From assembly GCF_006345805.1 (NCBI RefSeq), contig NC_043004.1, positions 62,744,001 to 62,808,000 on the forward strand: a DNA stretch of 64,000 nt, written 5' to 3'. This stretch comes from Octopus sinensis. Taxonomy: Eukaryota. The notes beneath the pieces were generated by a model that was given only the letters and a program-made list of their open reading frames with translations, made no database searches and was not told the origin of the DNA. Position 1 is the stretch's first letter. Every line of letters starts with the position of its first letter. This document shows, piece by piece, positions 1-13,514 of the stretch. Position numbers and translations under genes: made by a program.

Positions 1-81
1 AAATCAAGTGTTTAGGAAAGCATAAGAATTAAATATTAAATAATTCTACCTTACCCAAACTTCTTTTCTCTTCAGCGTAGA
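1..81 (-). ncRNA. 5' part of a mirror-image hammerhead (stem I, CUGAAGA, stem II); remainder would lie before position 1
   Basis: Reverse complement of 499-579 within the inverted repeat. GAAA, stem III and the cleavage site are outside the window and cannot be seen. Confidence 0.45.
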
Positions 82-498
82 ATACTATAATCATAAATGA
101 TTATATATTGAATTTTGAGATACTAGAAGGCACCAACTGCTATTTCTAATTCGGTCTGTGGTAAGGCAATTCGTTGCTAAACCCTTATTGCTTAGTATTA
201 CTTAAATTTTCCTCGAATGAGGCTTTTACATGCCGAAGACTACTGGTGTAATTGATAATTATCCAAATTAATTAATTTCACCCTTCATTATTACGTGGTA
301 ACCATATTTTATCTCAGTAGATGACCTCAGCATCGTTTTGGCTACACGCGGGTGGGAAGGGGCTGGTGACACAATCTTTTATTCACACTTTGAACTTGGT
401 GATACTAGTTGCGGATTCTAGCTCGCTCTGATACTGAGTTGAGTTGGTGCCTTCTAGTATCTCAAAATTCAATATATAATCATTTATGATTATAGTAT

Positions 499-598
499 TC
501 TACGCTGAAGAGAAAAGAAGTTTGGGTAAGGTAGAATTATTTAATATTTAATTCTTATGCTTTCCTAAAAACTTGATTTCGAAACGTGCGTCCGTAGA
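499..598 (+). ncRNA. Type I hammerhead ribozyme motif, complete core, extended stem II
   Basis: Stem I TCTACG(499-504)/CGTAGA(593-598); CTGAAGA 505-511; stem II 512-580 closed by GAAA/TTTC with inner AAGTTT/AAACTT and AGAATTA/TAATTCT; GAAA 581-584; stem III AC-gtgc-GT; predicted GUC cleavage after 592. Confidence 0.85.
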
Positions 599-789
599 TA
601 ACTTAAAATTGTATGATAGATTGCCGTCAATTCATTCTCTCTTACCTGTTTGTGTCTGCCTTCCAATTGCTGTGTTTTACTGAGATCTCCCTTTTTAGTA
701 GAAGAAATAGCTATAACTCTTTGACTGCTATTTCTAAATTCGGTCTGTGGTAGGCAATTCTTTGCTAAACACTTTATTGCTTAGTATTA

Positions 790-828
<39 letters not shown>

Positions 829-1308
829 GTGTTTGTGTATGTATGTGGATATCTATTAACATGCATGTTTGTGTATATTTTTTCTGTAAGTAGTAAATTA
901 AAAAATATATGAGTTTTCATTTATAGAGATACTTTCCTCATTTAAATCAAGTAATTTAGCATCTTGTACTCAGCATTATATATACATATATATTCCGTTA
1001 AGAAGGTATTAGAGTAGAAAATAGTGCTCGTTCACTGTTAGAATTACCAGATAGCCGGCAGTATTATGGTATACTACCAATTCTAGGTTTAAGTATTCCG
1101 TGTGTGTGAAAAATAATGGTCATTAAACAGCTGTCGAAACGTACTCCATTTTCTTCCTTTTCACTCTATTCTTTAGATATAGATAAATAAATATATATAT
1201 ATGTTTGCATATATGCGCACATGTATGTATATAGATATATTTATATATACATACATGTATGTATATATATACATGTATATATATATATACATACAGTATG
1301 TATATATA

Positions 1309-1359
<51 letters not shown>

Positions 1360-1845
1360 TTGCATTTATGTGACTATTTACCGTGTACACATATTTGTTA
1401 CATAATGGGTAAATAAGGTAAAGAATATATCGGAAAATCTTCGTAACTATAAAATGAGATAGCATTTCTTAATCCAATTATATAGAGTACAAATTATCCA
1501 CTCACTATTATACTGAACGATTTAAATTTCTTCATTCTAACTGAATTCATTACTGGAGGAAAATATATTTTTGACTAAATATTGGGCAGTTTGTAAATTG
1601 TTTGTATTTTGATTAAAGATTTGTGATTTTAAAGAGTAAATTAATGACGATATCTGAAAAATTTTTGGTGTATTAATTTATAATATTTTGTATGAAGTAC
1701 CAATAAATTTATTTATATTGACTCTAACATAGATCATTATATTCGTAGTTAAATGTAAATAATAAGTTTTCAAGTAGGTTATCTTCATCATAGTAAATGA
1801 TTTTAGAGTTAAGAATATATAAATTGAATTATTAATTAATTAATT

Positions 1846-1867
1846 ATACAACAACAACAACAACAAC

Positions 1868-1898
<31 letters not shown>

Positions 1899-1915
1899 TT
1901 AATAATAATAATAAT
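1846..1915. repeat. (CAA)n-(TAA)n microsatellite
   Basis: Direct reading. Confidence 0.95.
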
Positions 1916-3253
1916 ACTTAATAAATAAATAAATCATTTTATGTAATGTCATATTGTGATCAAAAACTTTTATGCTACTACTACGTATTTCCGGCTATTT
2001 TTATATAGGCAATTAATTCATAGACACATAAGCCTTGGTATTCAGAGATATTTTTCCCCTGATAAGTTACGTCATTTTGTATTTTGTAATAGGAATAATG
2101 TTTATATAAATACGAATAAATAAATTAGAACAATTATTATATATATATAATTGTGTATTTTGAATAACCATACAAATTTGTGTCAATTGTGACACATATT
2201 TTCGTTTTATTTATTTTATAATATGGTGTACGTTCGCGCTTGTAAACATACAATTTATAGCATAATATAAATAATGCATTACTCTAATTTGGATCCTTCT
2301 GCAAAACGTAGTCAAAATACAATATTCTTTTTATTTATAGAAATAATGTAGTCTATTAATAGTCTATAATTAACGTAGCGCTGTGTATTTGTTTATTTTA
2401 TTTACGGAATTTTTCCTCTGATAAACTAAGAAAATCGGGCCTTTTACTTGTTGATTAAAATATGATGCTAATTTTCATTTTCCTTAATGAACAACTCGCT
2501 ATAAAACTAAAGAAAAAATATCACTGATGATAGTTTTTTCAACACTGTTCTTATCCAGATTTTGTTTGAACGAAAATATTTTTTTCTGTCCAGATATGTT
2601 GTTGATATGCATCATAGAAGATACACACACAGCTACGCACGTAAACGGTCACAAATATTAACGGAGGTATAACACTTTTGTTTCAGTGTCATATTGTACA
2701 TAAGAAAATATCTGTAGATTTTATCCAACGCTCTATTTGGACAGATGAATGTAAATATTGCCAGTGTTAACGCGTAGATATCTCTCATAACAGCCTTGGT
2801 TGATATGTAAATGGTGATAAAAGAAAATGAAAGGCGATTTCGGAGTCGTTATAATCCTCTGTTCAGAAACGTCATATCATACATTGGTAACTGATATGCC
2901 GTTACTGTTTATAATAATACATTTATTATAGGTTAACATGGTGACTTTATAAAGCAGTGTCTTCACAGAAACCAGTAGAGTGCCAGTCAAAACAGTGATA
3001 GAAAAAGAAGGTAAAAATCGTAACTGTAGAATGGAGTACGTCAGCAAACACATAAGTTCCACTTAGAGCTCTCTCCTACATTTCACAATCTAGTGTGTAC
3101 AACAGACAGTTTCCCTTCTGCATCACAATAGCTTTTATTTGACTGCTACACTTTATCTCAAGTTGTATGCGAAGAAATGCTAACAAGAGTTAGAGCTCCT
3201 CAAAAATATATCTGTCCGCGTTGTTCCTGTTCATCACCTAATGGCTTCATGTG

Positions 3254-3578
3254 TGTTTGTTCTGAACGTATTTCGTCACTAGGAACATGCTACGGGATTA
3301 TATGATAAACGATTGGTGGATCACGGGAATATGAACAAACAAGAGAAATGATCAACAATATTTGCTCAGGCTTTATATGTTCTAAATAAGATAAAATGTA
3401 TTGAAAACGATATTATGTTTGTTCTGAACGTATTTCGTCACTAGGAACATGCTACGGGATTATATGATAAACGATTGGTGGATCACGGGAATATGAACAA
3501 ACAAGAGAAATGATCAACTATATTTGCTCAGGCTTTATATGTTCTAAATAAGATAAAATGTATTGAAAACGATATTAT
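3254..3578. repeat. Tandem duplication of a 162-bp unit (2 copies)
   Basis: Units start at 3254 and 3416; one substitution seen. Confidence 0.95.
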
Positions 3579-4817
3579 CTAATACGTAAAATGGTGGTTA
3601 AGTTTTACAAGTACTCGATGGAAGCAGTCGGAAGAAAGCCTGAATTATTTGAAATATGTATGTAAAATAAATGCAGGTAGTCACTAAATAATCTTCATTG
3701 TCTTCGTCTGTCCAACGGAGGACCATGCCATTAATGTAAAAACGAAAATATGGCTGAGCGACATGTGTAAATGAAGTATTCATTATTTAGTATCAGTTAC
3801 TCAAATTTGAAAGTTGCCTATTAATGCTTAACTTCAATGCGTAGTACATATTTTTGGTGATTATATAAACGGAGGCGATATACCATTACTTAAGAAAGTG
3901 ACATAGTGCTAGAGCTACTAATTATAATCCAGGATTTTATAACCTAGTCTTTAGTGAACTTATGTTGTTTAGCTGTAATTTATACATAGAATCTAAATAT
4001 GAAGTGATTTGCCTCACGTTATATAATTTATCAGCCACTCACTAGATATCAGTAGAATTCCACTGTGTACGCTCGTGTACTATAATACGAAATTATATGC
4101 TCATTGGTACAATAACGAACGACTTCGTTATGGGGTCGAGCCAATCGTTAATAAGAGACAAATTCAAAACATATATGTTCATGAATTAACTTTTTTTTTT
4201 TACTCACAATAATATTTCAAAATGTAGAATACCATTTTATAGTAAATATCACAAAGTTGTCGATTTTTGCAAGCAACCAAATTCAGAGTAGCTGCCTTGT
4301 TTTTAATACAATTTGGACTGGGTGGAAATCATCCCACGAAGTTAATGCTACGTTCACAAGTCAATATAATGCGTGTCAGTGAAGACGATCGATAACCTAT
4401 GCACACTATGTTACTTCAGGCTACCACATGAAATGCAAATGCAATTTTGTCCAACTCAAAGTAACTGTCCATTTTTGATTTAAGTCTTTATTTATAAATA
4501 CATTTAAATATATTAGCGAAACACTATTTTTGAAAATCTTTTTACATTCAGTGCGTGTGAGTGAGTTAATGTGTTTGTACGCGCGCGTTTGTGTGTATGT
4601 CTCCGAGCTAAATATGTTATGAATGTTTTTCTCCTCTACATAAATATTATCACTATAAATATGACATAGATTTCAATAACGCAAAACTGATCTCGATCAG
4701 ATTATTGTAACTCACACATGCAAAGGCAAATATACGCGCATATTCATATGCAGACACATGTAGTGTTTTATTTTTACAATGAGTAGATTTACATTGCATT
4801 TGAACTTTTATCAGTAA

Positions 4818-5195
4818 CTAGCAGTATCGCCCGGCGTTGCTCGGGTTTGTAAGGGAAATAACTATATAAGCATTTTTAGAGAGTTATAGCCAAAATATAG
4901 CAAAAAATGCATTAAAAATGGAAAACAAATGATGGTAATTTTTTTTTAAATCATCGACTCATCGTAGACATTTTTAGAGAGTTACTTCCCTTATATAATA
5001 GCGAAAAAATGCATTAAAATGGAAAGAAATGATGGTATTTTTTTTTTTTAATCGTAGATTCATCGTAGACGCGCGCTAATACCCAGAAGGGCTCGATATA
5101 AATCACAACTATAAGATACCCGGTTTTGGTTAAATGTGAGAGTAGTTAGGAAATCTAAATCGTAGGAGACAGACACACACTTTTATATATAAAGA
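4818..5195 (-). mobile_element. Non-autonomous Helitron
   Basis: On the minus strand it starts A|TC (TCTTTATATATAAAAG) and ends with hairpin CCCG-agcaacgc-CGGG then CTAG|T. Inserted between A and T with no TSD. Homologous to 58136-58435; has a ~100-bp internal tandem duplication. Confidence 0.8.
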
Positions 5196-7588
5196 TAGGC
5201 TACTTCTAGCTGCAGGTCGTATTAGTACCAATACAAGGATCGCATAATACAGCACCAGTAAGATGATTAAAGGTAGCGTAGAGCATATTAGGATTACACA
5301 CGAGTTCAATATTTCCTGGTGAATAAACCAAATGTGTTTGGACTATATTTGACATTTTCAACGCTCCATTCTTCCACTGAAGTCCTTTGTCGATGTAACC
5401 TTTCATGCTAATCTACAGATAATTTTGTCTTGCATGTTTGTAAACCAAGCATTCTAATGCAATCGATTGGATGTTGCTGGTCGTGGTTCCACATAAAAGA
5501 ACCCTCTATCTTCAGGCAGTCTTTTGCTTTTCATTTTATTCCTTCATGTATACCGATGCCTATTACCGTTACGATTCTTGGATTGTTTTGAACATTCGTT
5601 GGTCACTATGTGTACAGATGTTTTCTAAACTGTTTCAGTGCCAGAGGAGACACAATTAAAAAACAGTCAGGAGGAAATAAATCGTATTGCGTTGCACTCA
5701 GTCGGGTTTGTACAGTTCATGTTGTCATATAAATGCATAATAATGTCTTTAGTTATTCTTATTTTGGTATAACCAAGATTATGATTACAAAGTACCCTGC
5801 CATAGTCAAAGAAAAGAGTAGTAGCGGTTGAGAGATTTTTGGAATGCGTTAATATGGATAATATGCAATAGATTGCGTCACTCTTGGCGTGTTATATTAG
5901 GAAAACCAAAAAGTAGCATAATTTATGTGCTCCTGGGATTTTTTACAGCTCATATGCTATTTCTTGTTTTCTAAGTATTTGTAGGTGAGTCTACATAGAT
6001 AATCGTGGCGTCATGCATCAATACAGTGCTTCTGATATTGTAATTTAGTATAAGGGGCCTGATATTGTCCAGCCAAAATCAGGAGCATCATAGAGATGGT
6101 TCAGGATTCATATTGGCACAAATACACAATACTATCGGATAGTATAACTTTTTCATTGATGTTCATTGAAAAAAAACGCATCTGCCTTTATTTCGACCTA
6201 AGCAATCTACGAAGATTTCTGATTTTCTTTCTTTTCCTGATTTTCAGATCGCTATCAAGTTGGGGGTTACGGAGGCAAATTAAAGTTGGTATGACGAAAG
6301 ACATACAGAGTGTCAGTTCAACAATCCAACTAATTGAATGGAATATTCCATGTTCGAAAACTAGAAGATATGTTGATGCCTTGTGCATGTAATAAGAATC
6401 TCTAAAGGGATCTGATTATTAACACTCTTCCAAAGTTTTAATTACACACTGTGTTGTTTAATGTCACCTAGTATCAGTACCCCAGAGAGTTTGTTTATCG
6501 AAAGTCTGCGAACTGTGATAGTTTGGTTTAGGACAGATTCGCATTGAGTGTGTCGAGGGAAATGGCTGATAAGTGAGTGCTTAAATTGAAGTTTCTAATA
6601 CTTTTTAAGCAGATCAGTGAAAATCCTTGTCTCGTTTATTCTACTTTTGCAATAAAGAAGTTGTTAGAAGGCTTCGGGGTACGTGTCGGGTAAAATTCTT
6701 TGGCGGCCAGTAGATGTTGGAGGTGTATGTTGATATTTATATTTTGATTTAGCAATGTATTCTTGAATGGCGTTTCTGAGACAGTTTCTGAAGGGAAAAG
6801 ACAAGCCTTCTGTACTCTTATTGTATAGCACAGCAAGTCATTTGTGGAAGAGAGTGTTGGGAAACGCTTCCTTGTTTTGCCTTCTGAAGTGCTGGAGAAA
6901 CAACGAAAATAGTAGTAATGGTTCAAAATTATGTTCCCTCACTTTAAATGGAAATGTAAGATTTACCAATTAATGGGCATATTAATTTCTTGGCAACAAT
7001 CTGACACAAGAGAACACAACATTCACACGCATACATACACACAAGTATATATGCACGCATTTAATATAGACCAACTTCAGTACTCTTCATCTATATCTTG
7101 ACATTCTGGATTCGTTATGACGATGCACTTACAATATTCTAATTAATTCATTTACCACACAAACTTCATTGAAAAATAATTATTCTGTGGAAAACACGGA
7201 ATCCATTAGTATACGAAATATATGTTCGAAAGAATTCTATAAAGCAACTATACTAATCAATATAATTGAACTAGAGAGAATGAAGTGTGCTCGTGAAATT
7301 CAAGAAATCAGTAAACATTACTTTAAATAAATGAATAAATAGATAAATAGATAGATAAATAGATAAATAGATAGATACATAACAAGGATGAAAAAAATCA
7401 GTCATACATTTCTCCAGCACGTGATTCAATCTGGAAATAAAAGATAACAAATATGTTTTTGTTATTTTTTCAGATGTATGAGACTTTTAAAAATTAATTA
7501 TTACAGAAATTATTGGCACTTCACATCTAATGTCGAGCATTCTCTATTTGCAAAAGTACCTAGTTACAAAACAACATATATATATATA

Positions 7589-8241
<653 letters not shown>

Positions 8242-8525
8242 TAAGAAAATAGCTTACAAATTCTTCACTTAAATATAACACGCATTTATTACCTCTGTAC
8301 AGACGATGTGCATTTCATGCGATTGTTGTGGCATACTTTTTTTTATAACTCATTGCGTTAAATATTACATTCGGCTAGAGGTTTTGATGACAGAAATGAT
8401 ATCGATGAGAAAGAAAACAGATTTTTTTTCACCCAATGGTTTTTCATGCAATTATACTTTTCTCGTTGAAAGAGGGGAAAGAAGTGTTTGTATAAATTTG
8501 ATGCTGAAGAGAAAAAATACCATCT

Positions 8526-8601
<76 letters not shown>

Positions 8602-8683
8602 TCCCGGGTTGAGTCGGGGTTAACCACAGTAAAATAGGTACTCAATACATAGTCAGAAGTAAATTAATTTATTTTATAGAAGG

Positions 8684-8734
8684 AGCTTCTACAGGACTAG
8701 AACTGTTTCATTCAAAAGAAATCATCAGGAAGCT
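8684..8734 (-). ncRNA. Compact type I hammerhead ribozyme motif, complete core
   Basis: Minus strand reads AGCUUC CUGAUGA UUUC-uuuu-GAAU GAAA CAG-uucuaguc-CUG UA GAAGCU. Stem I 6 bp, stem II 3 bp with U.U at its base, stem III 4 bp. Predicted GUA cleavage between 8690 and 8689. Confidence 0.8.
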
Positions 8735-8959
8735 AGTAGACAAGAGTTGTTTTGGTTTATACATTTAGGCAGGTTAATTGGGTGGTGGGGGGAACTTTTT
8801 TGGGGTTGGGGGTGGCATGGCGCAAAACTGTCATTATAAGGGGAGTGGTCAAAGGAATCGGTGGTAAAGTAGATAAAAGAATAAATAAAAGAATAAAAAA
8901 TAAAAAAGAAAAATAAAAATATATAAATAGAAAAATAGGGTTTTAGGCAAGCAGGGAGA

Positions 8960-9112
8960 CTCCCACTTGTACATCCACATATATATATATATACACACAT
9001 ATACACCCGCATATTCACATATATCTATACATATACATACATACCCACACATACATACATATATATATATACATACATACACATACATATACACACATAT
9101 ATACATACATAT

Positions 9113-9164
<52 letters not shown>

Positions 9165-10143
9165 ACATACATATACACACACATATATATACATACATAT
9201 ACACATATATATACACACACCCATGCACGCACAAACAGACACACATATACATACACATACATATATGTATACCCACTCGCACAAACATATACAAATGCAC
9301 ATACATGCACACACACACACACACACACCCTTACTCTCCCATTTTAATTTTATTATTACTACCCCTGTCTATATCTCTATTTTTACTTCCATCTTGACCG
9401 GTCAATCGGTCTCAAGGGACGATCCAAAGACTCCGTCCATCCGTCTACTTACCTACACGAACGCAAGCACCCACCCACGCCCACACACCCACACGCACAC
9501 ACGTACGTGCCACATCCATACACGCACACATCCACATACACTCACGTACACCCACATACACGCACACACACACACACCCCAACACACCCACAGAAGACCA
9601 GTCCATGTGTTATATTCATACACGCATACATCTACACACATTCACGTATATTCACATACACGCATACACATACATACCTCAACACACTCACAGAAGGCCA
9701 GTCCATAAACATACACCAACCCATATATATACACACATACATACACACACACATACACATACATACATATACATACACATATACACATATATATATACAT
9801 ATATACTCATACACATATACATACACATACACACTCATACATATATATTCACACACACATACATATACATATACATATACACACATATATATATATATAT
9901 AAAGGAAGCTTTATGAAAATATATACACATATACACACATACACATACACATATACATGCGCACACATACACACACACACGCGCGCGCGCGCATCCACAT
10001 ATACACACAAGTACATACATGCATAAATGTATACATATGTCTACACACATGCACACACATCCTCACACACACACGCGCCTCCCCATGTTCATAAAACCAT
10101 ACATGCATACAGGCATATACATACACACATACATGCATACTCA

Positions 10144-10178
<35 letters not shown>

Positions 10179-10723
10179 TAATAATAATAATAAAATAATA
10201 AATATATATACGTGCAGTTACCCATTATACAAACGGACACATACATATAAACATACCCATATATACCTATTTACACATATGTATATATACATACATACAC
10301 ACATACACACACACATACACACATATAATATATATATATATATATATATACATTTACACACACATCTACACATATATATATATACACATACACATACACA
10401 GACATATACATATACATACATATATATATATATATACATATATATATACATGCGCACATATACACGCATATATATATATATATATACACACACACATACA
10501 TATACACACAAGCACATACATGCATAAATGTATACATATGTTTATACAAATGCATACACATACACACACTCAAGCGCCTCCTTATATACATAAATACATA
10601 CATGCATACAAACGCATACTCGTGTAATAAATAATGATAATAAATAATAGATATATATACACATGCTGTTACCCTTACTACAGACGGAAACATACATATA
10701 AGCATACACGTATATACCCATCT

Positions 10724-10762
<39 letters not shown>

Positions 10763-10857
10763 TATATATACATACATACACATACACACAACTCTACATA
10801 CTTACATATACTTAAACACACGAGCGTACACATATATACATATATATATCATATACA

Positions 10858-10888
<31 letters not shown>

Positions 10889-11383
10889 TACACATACATA
10901 CATATACATACAGACATACATATATACACATACATACACATACATACACACACATATATACACATACATACATACATATACATACATACACATACACACA
11001 CATACACATACATACACATACATATACATATATATATATACATATATATATCTATATATACATTACACACATATATACATATACACATACACACACACAC
11101 ATAATATACACATATATTTTATGTGTGTATATATACATACATATACACACACATATATATACACACAAGCACATACATGCATAAATGTATACATAAGTTT
11201 ATACAAATGCATACACATACACACACGCACGCGCCTCTTTATATACATAAATACATACATGCATACAAACGCATACTCATGTAATAAATAATGAATAATA
11301 AATAATAGATATATATACACATGCAGTACCCTTACTACAGACGGAAACATACATATAAGCATACACGTATATACCCATCTACA

Positions 11384-11438
<55 letters not shown>

Positions 11439-11653
11439 CATACACATACACACAACTCTACATACTTACATATACATAAACACCACGAGCGTACACACAA
11501 CATATATTATATATATATATATGTGTGTATATGTGTATGTGTATATATATGTATATGTATGTGTAATATATGTATATATAGATATATATATATATATATA
11601 TATACATATATATACACATGCATATACATATATATACACATACACATACACAC

Positions 11654-11694
<41 letters not shown>

Positions 11695-11865
11695 TATATA
11701 TACACATACATATACATATATATACACATACACATATACACACATTATATACACACATACATACATACACATACATACTACATATATACACATATATACA
11801 TACACATACATACACATACACATACTACAATATATATATACACACATATATACACATACATATAT

Positions 11866-11917
<52 letters not shown>

Positions 11918-12060
11918 ATATAAAGTATAAAAAACCACACACATACACCCATACACATGTACATACACATACACATACACGCACTCACATACATGCGTAT
12001 ATTCCTAGCAACACCTATTCATTTCTATACATATATACAATACATATATACAAGTGCACA
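8960..12060. repeat. Compound (CA/TA)n microsatellite block with three higher-order repeat units
   Basis: Anchor CATACATGCATAAATGTATACATA recurs near 10015, 10514 and 11172. Anchor TACCC..AGACGGAAAC recurs near 10670 and 11328, with a diverged copy near 10220. Confidence 0.85.
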
Positions 12061-12098
12061 AATACAATCTGTGAATAGTCTTAGGAGGAAAGTTAATC

Positions 12099-12142
12099 GG
12101 GGGTGCTGGGGGAACGGTGGGGTGGGGGGTTGTGGGGGGGGG
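12099..12142 (+). other. G-run cluster, potential G-quadruplex
   Basis: Five G-runs of 4 or more G with short loops. Confidence 0.45.
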
Positions 12143-12933
12143 TATATCGCAGACTATCATGAAAGTAGCGTAGTACGTAATGAAATTGTCTATGTATTTA
12201 ACTTGTAGTCTTCATGACGTTCACTATGATGCATCCTCGAATAAAAAAGTGGATGAATAAACATAAATATATTATACCATATTTCTACAACTTTTATGAA
12301 ACACACAAACATCTATATATATTACCAATTTTCCAACGTAATATACTTTTGACTCTTTAGGCACCAAAACAAGTAAATTCAAGTTCTTCCAATTTGTAAA
12401 AATGATCTCGTGAAATACTCATTTACTGTAGTTCATTCAAAGTTCAAAGTTTTCTCTATATTTATTTTCACCGTTTGTGTTTATCTCAAAGGCGTCCTCT
12501 ATTTCTACTGTGATGTTTATTTCAACATCTAATTTTCATGCACATAGTTATTTTAATGCTTGTTAATTTTAGAGGTCTTAGCATACACTTTTCGATTCGT
12601 TTAATACTATGCGTGATTATTCTTCACAGAAATTCTGTTCACATGAATTCTATTGAAACACGTTCAAATTTCACGAATGTTTTCTGACTTTGAGAGAAAT
12701 ATTTTCTCTTTAGAGTTTCCATTCCAATGGAATATTTATCAAGTATTCCAAAATATTCAGACTGCAATTTGACAAACGTCCTCATATATTTGAAATTCTT
12801 GAATATTCTGACTGCAATTTGACAACATTCTTTATATATTTGACGTTCTGCAATAAATCGATATAAATTTTTACTGAGAAACCTTTGAAACGATTAAAGT
12901 ACATTAATCTATTTTTCTTCTTTTATTTTCCAG

Positions 12934-13318
12934 ACTGTGTCAGTTGCTGTTTCTGTATTAACGCTAAGTGCAATATCTATTGAGCGCTGGTATGCCATTT
13001 GCCATCCACTTTCGTTCAAGAGCACAGCATCGCGGGCCCGTAACATCATTCTTACGATCTGGCTGTTGTCCGCGTGCGTGGCGTCACCTGATCTGGTAAC
13101 AGCACGAACATATCGAAGTCTTCCAATAAGATACAACCACGTGAAATGGTTAGTGTCCTGTAGACCAAGCTGGTCACAAAGATCGCAGTTTATATATCAG
13201 ATGTTTTTATTCATTGCGCTGTATTTACTACCATTCTGTCTCATGGCTTTCACTTATACCCGAATCACACTTGTATTGTGGCGTGAAGATATTCCTGGTG
13301 TCAATGAAACCGCTGGAG
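12934..13318 (+). CDS. Internal coding exon of an orexin/allatotropin-receptor-family class A GPCR (end TM3, ICL2, TM4, ECL2, TM5, start ICL3)
   Basis: Polypyrimidine tract plus TTCCAG acceptor (AG at 12932-12933); donor G|GTGAGA at 13318/13319; phase 0 in, phase 1 out. Translation TVSVAVSVLTLSAISIERWYAICHPLSFKSTASRAR...LWREDIPG matches the orexin receptor signature (TVSVSVSVLTL..DRWYAICHPL.FKSTA.RAR..LW..QIPG, from recall) with the ECL2 Cys. Confidence 0.93.
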
Positions 13319-13514
13319 GTGAGATCAATATTTACATGCTTATACTTATCCCTATTTAAATAAATAATTTAAGAAGAATGTTAATTACGATATTACTGAA
13401 TACTTCATAAAATATTATTGAAATAAAACATGTTTGTTTGCTATAGTATATACAGAATTGTCAAAGATTTTTTCTATCTGCATACAAGATTTTCATCTCT
13501 TATATTATGAAAAA

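Larger units (their letters stand above)
1..792. mobile_element. Non-coding hammerhead-bearing repeat with inverted and direct repeats (Penelope-like pseudo-LTR/retrozyme-like), truncated by window start
   Basis: 1-138 is the reverse complement of 442-579 (1 mismatch). 139-~205 recurs directly at 727-792. Contains a hammerhead at 499-598. Segment 645-780 recurs at 39201-39340. Ends in (TA)n. Confidence 0.65.

Noticed and set aside
212-250. Hammerhead-like GAATGA-GGC..GCC-GAAG
   Set aside because: Two core mismatches, no NUH site and no stem I.
3254-3578. CRISPR-like or other repeat-spacer arrays
   Set aside because: No regularly spaced repeats with unique spacers anywhere in the window; the context is eukaryotic.
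5200-5640. Possible RTE-type LINE 3' relic on the minus strand
   Set aside because: Only faint motif resemblance; not supportable without a search.
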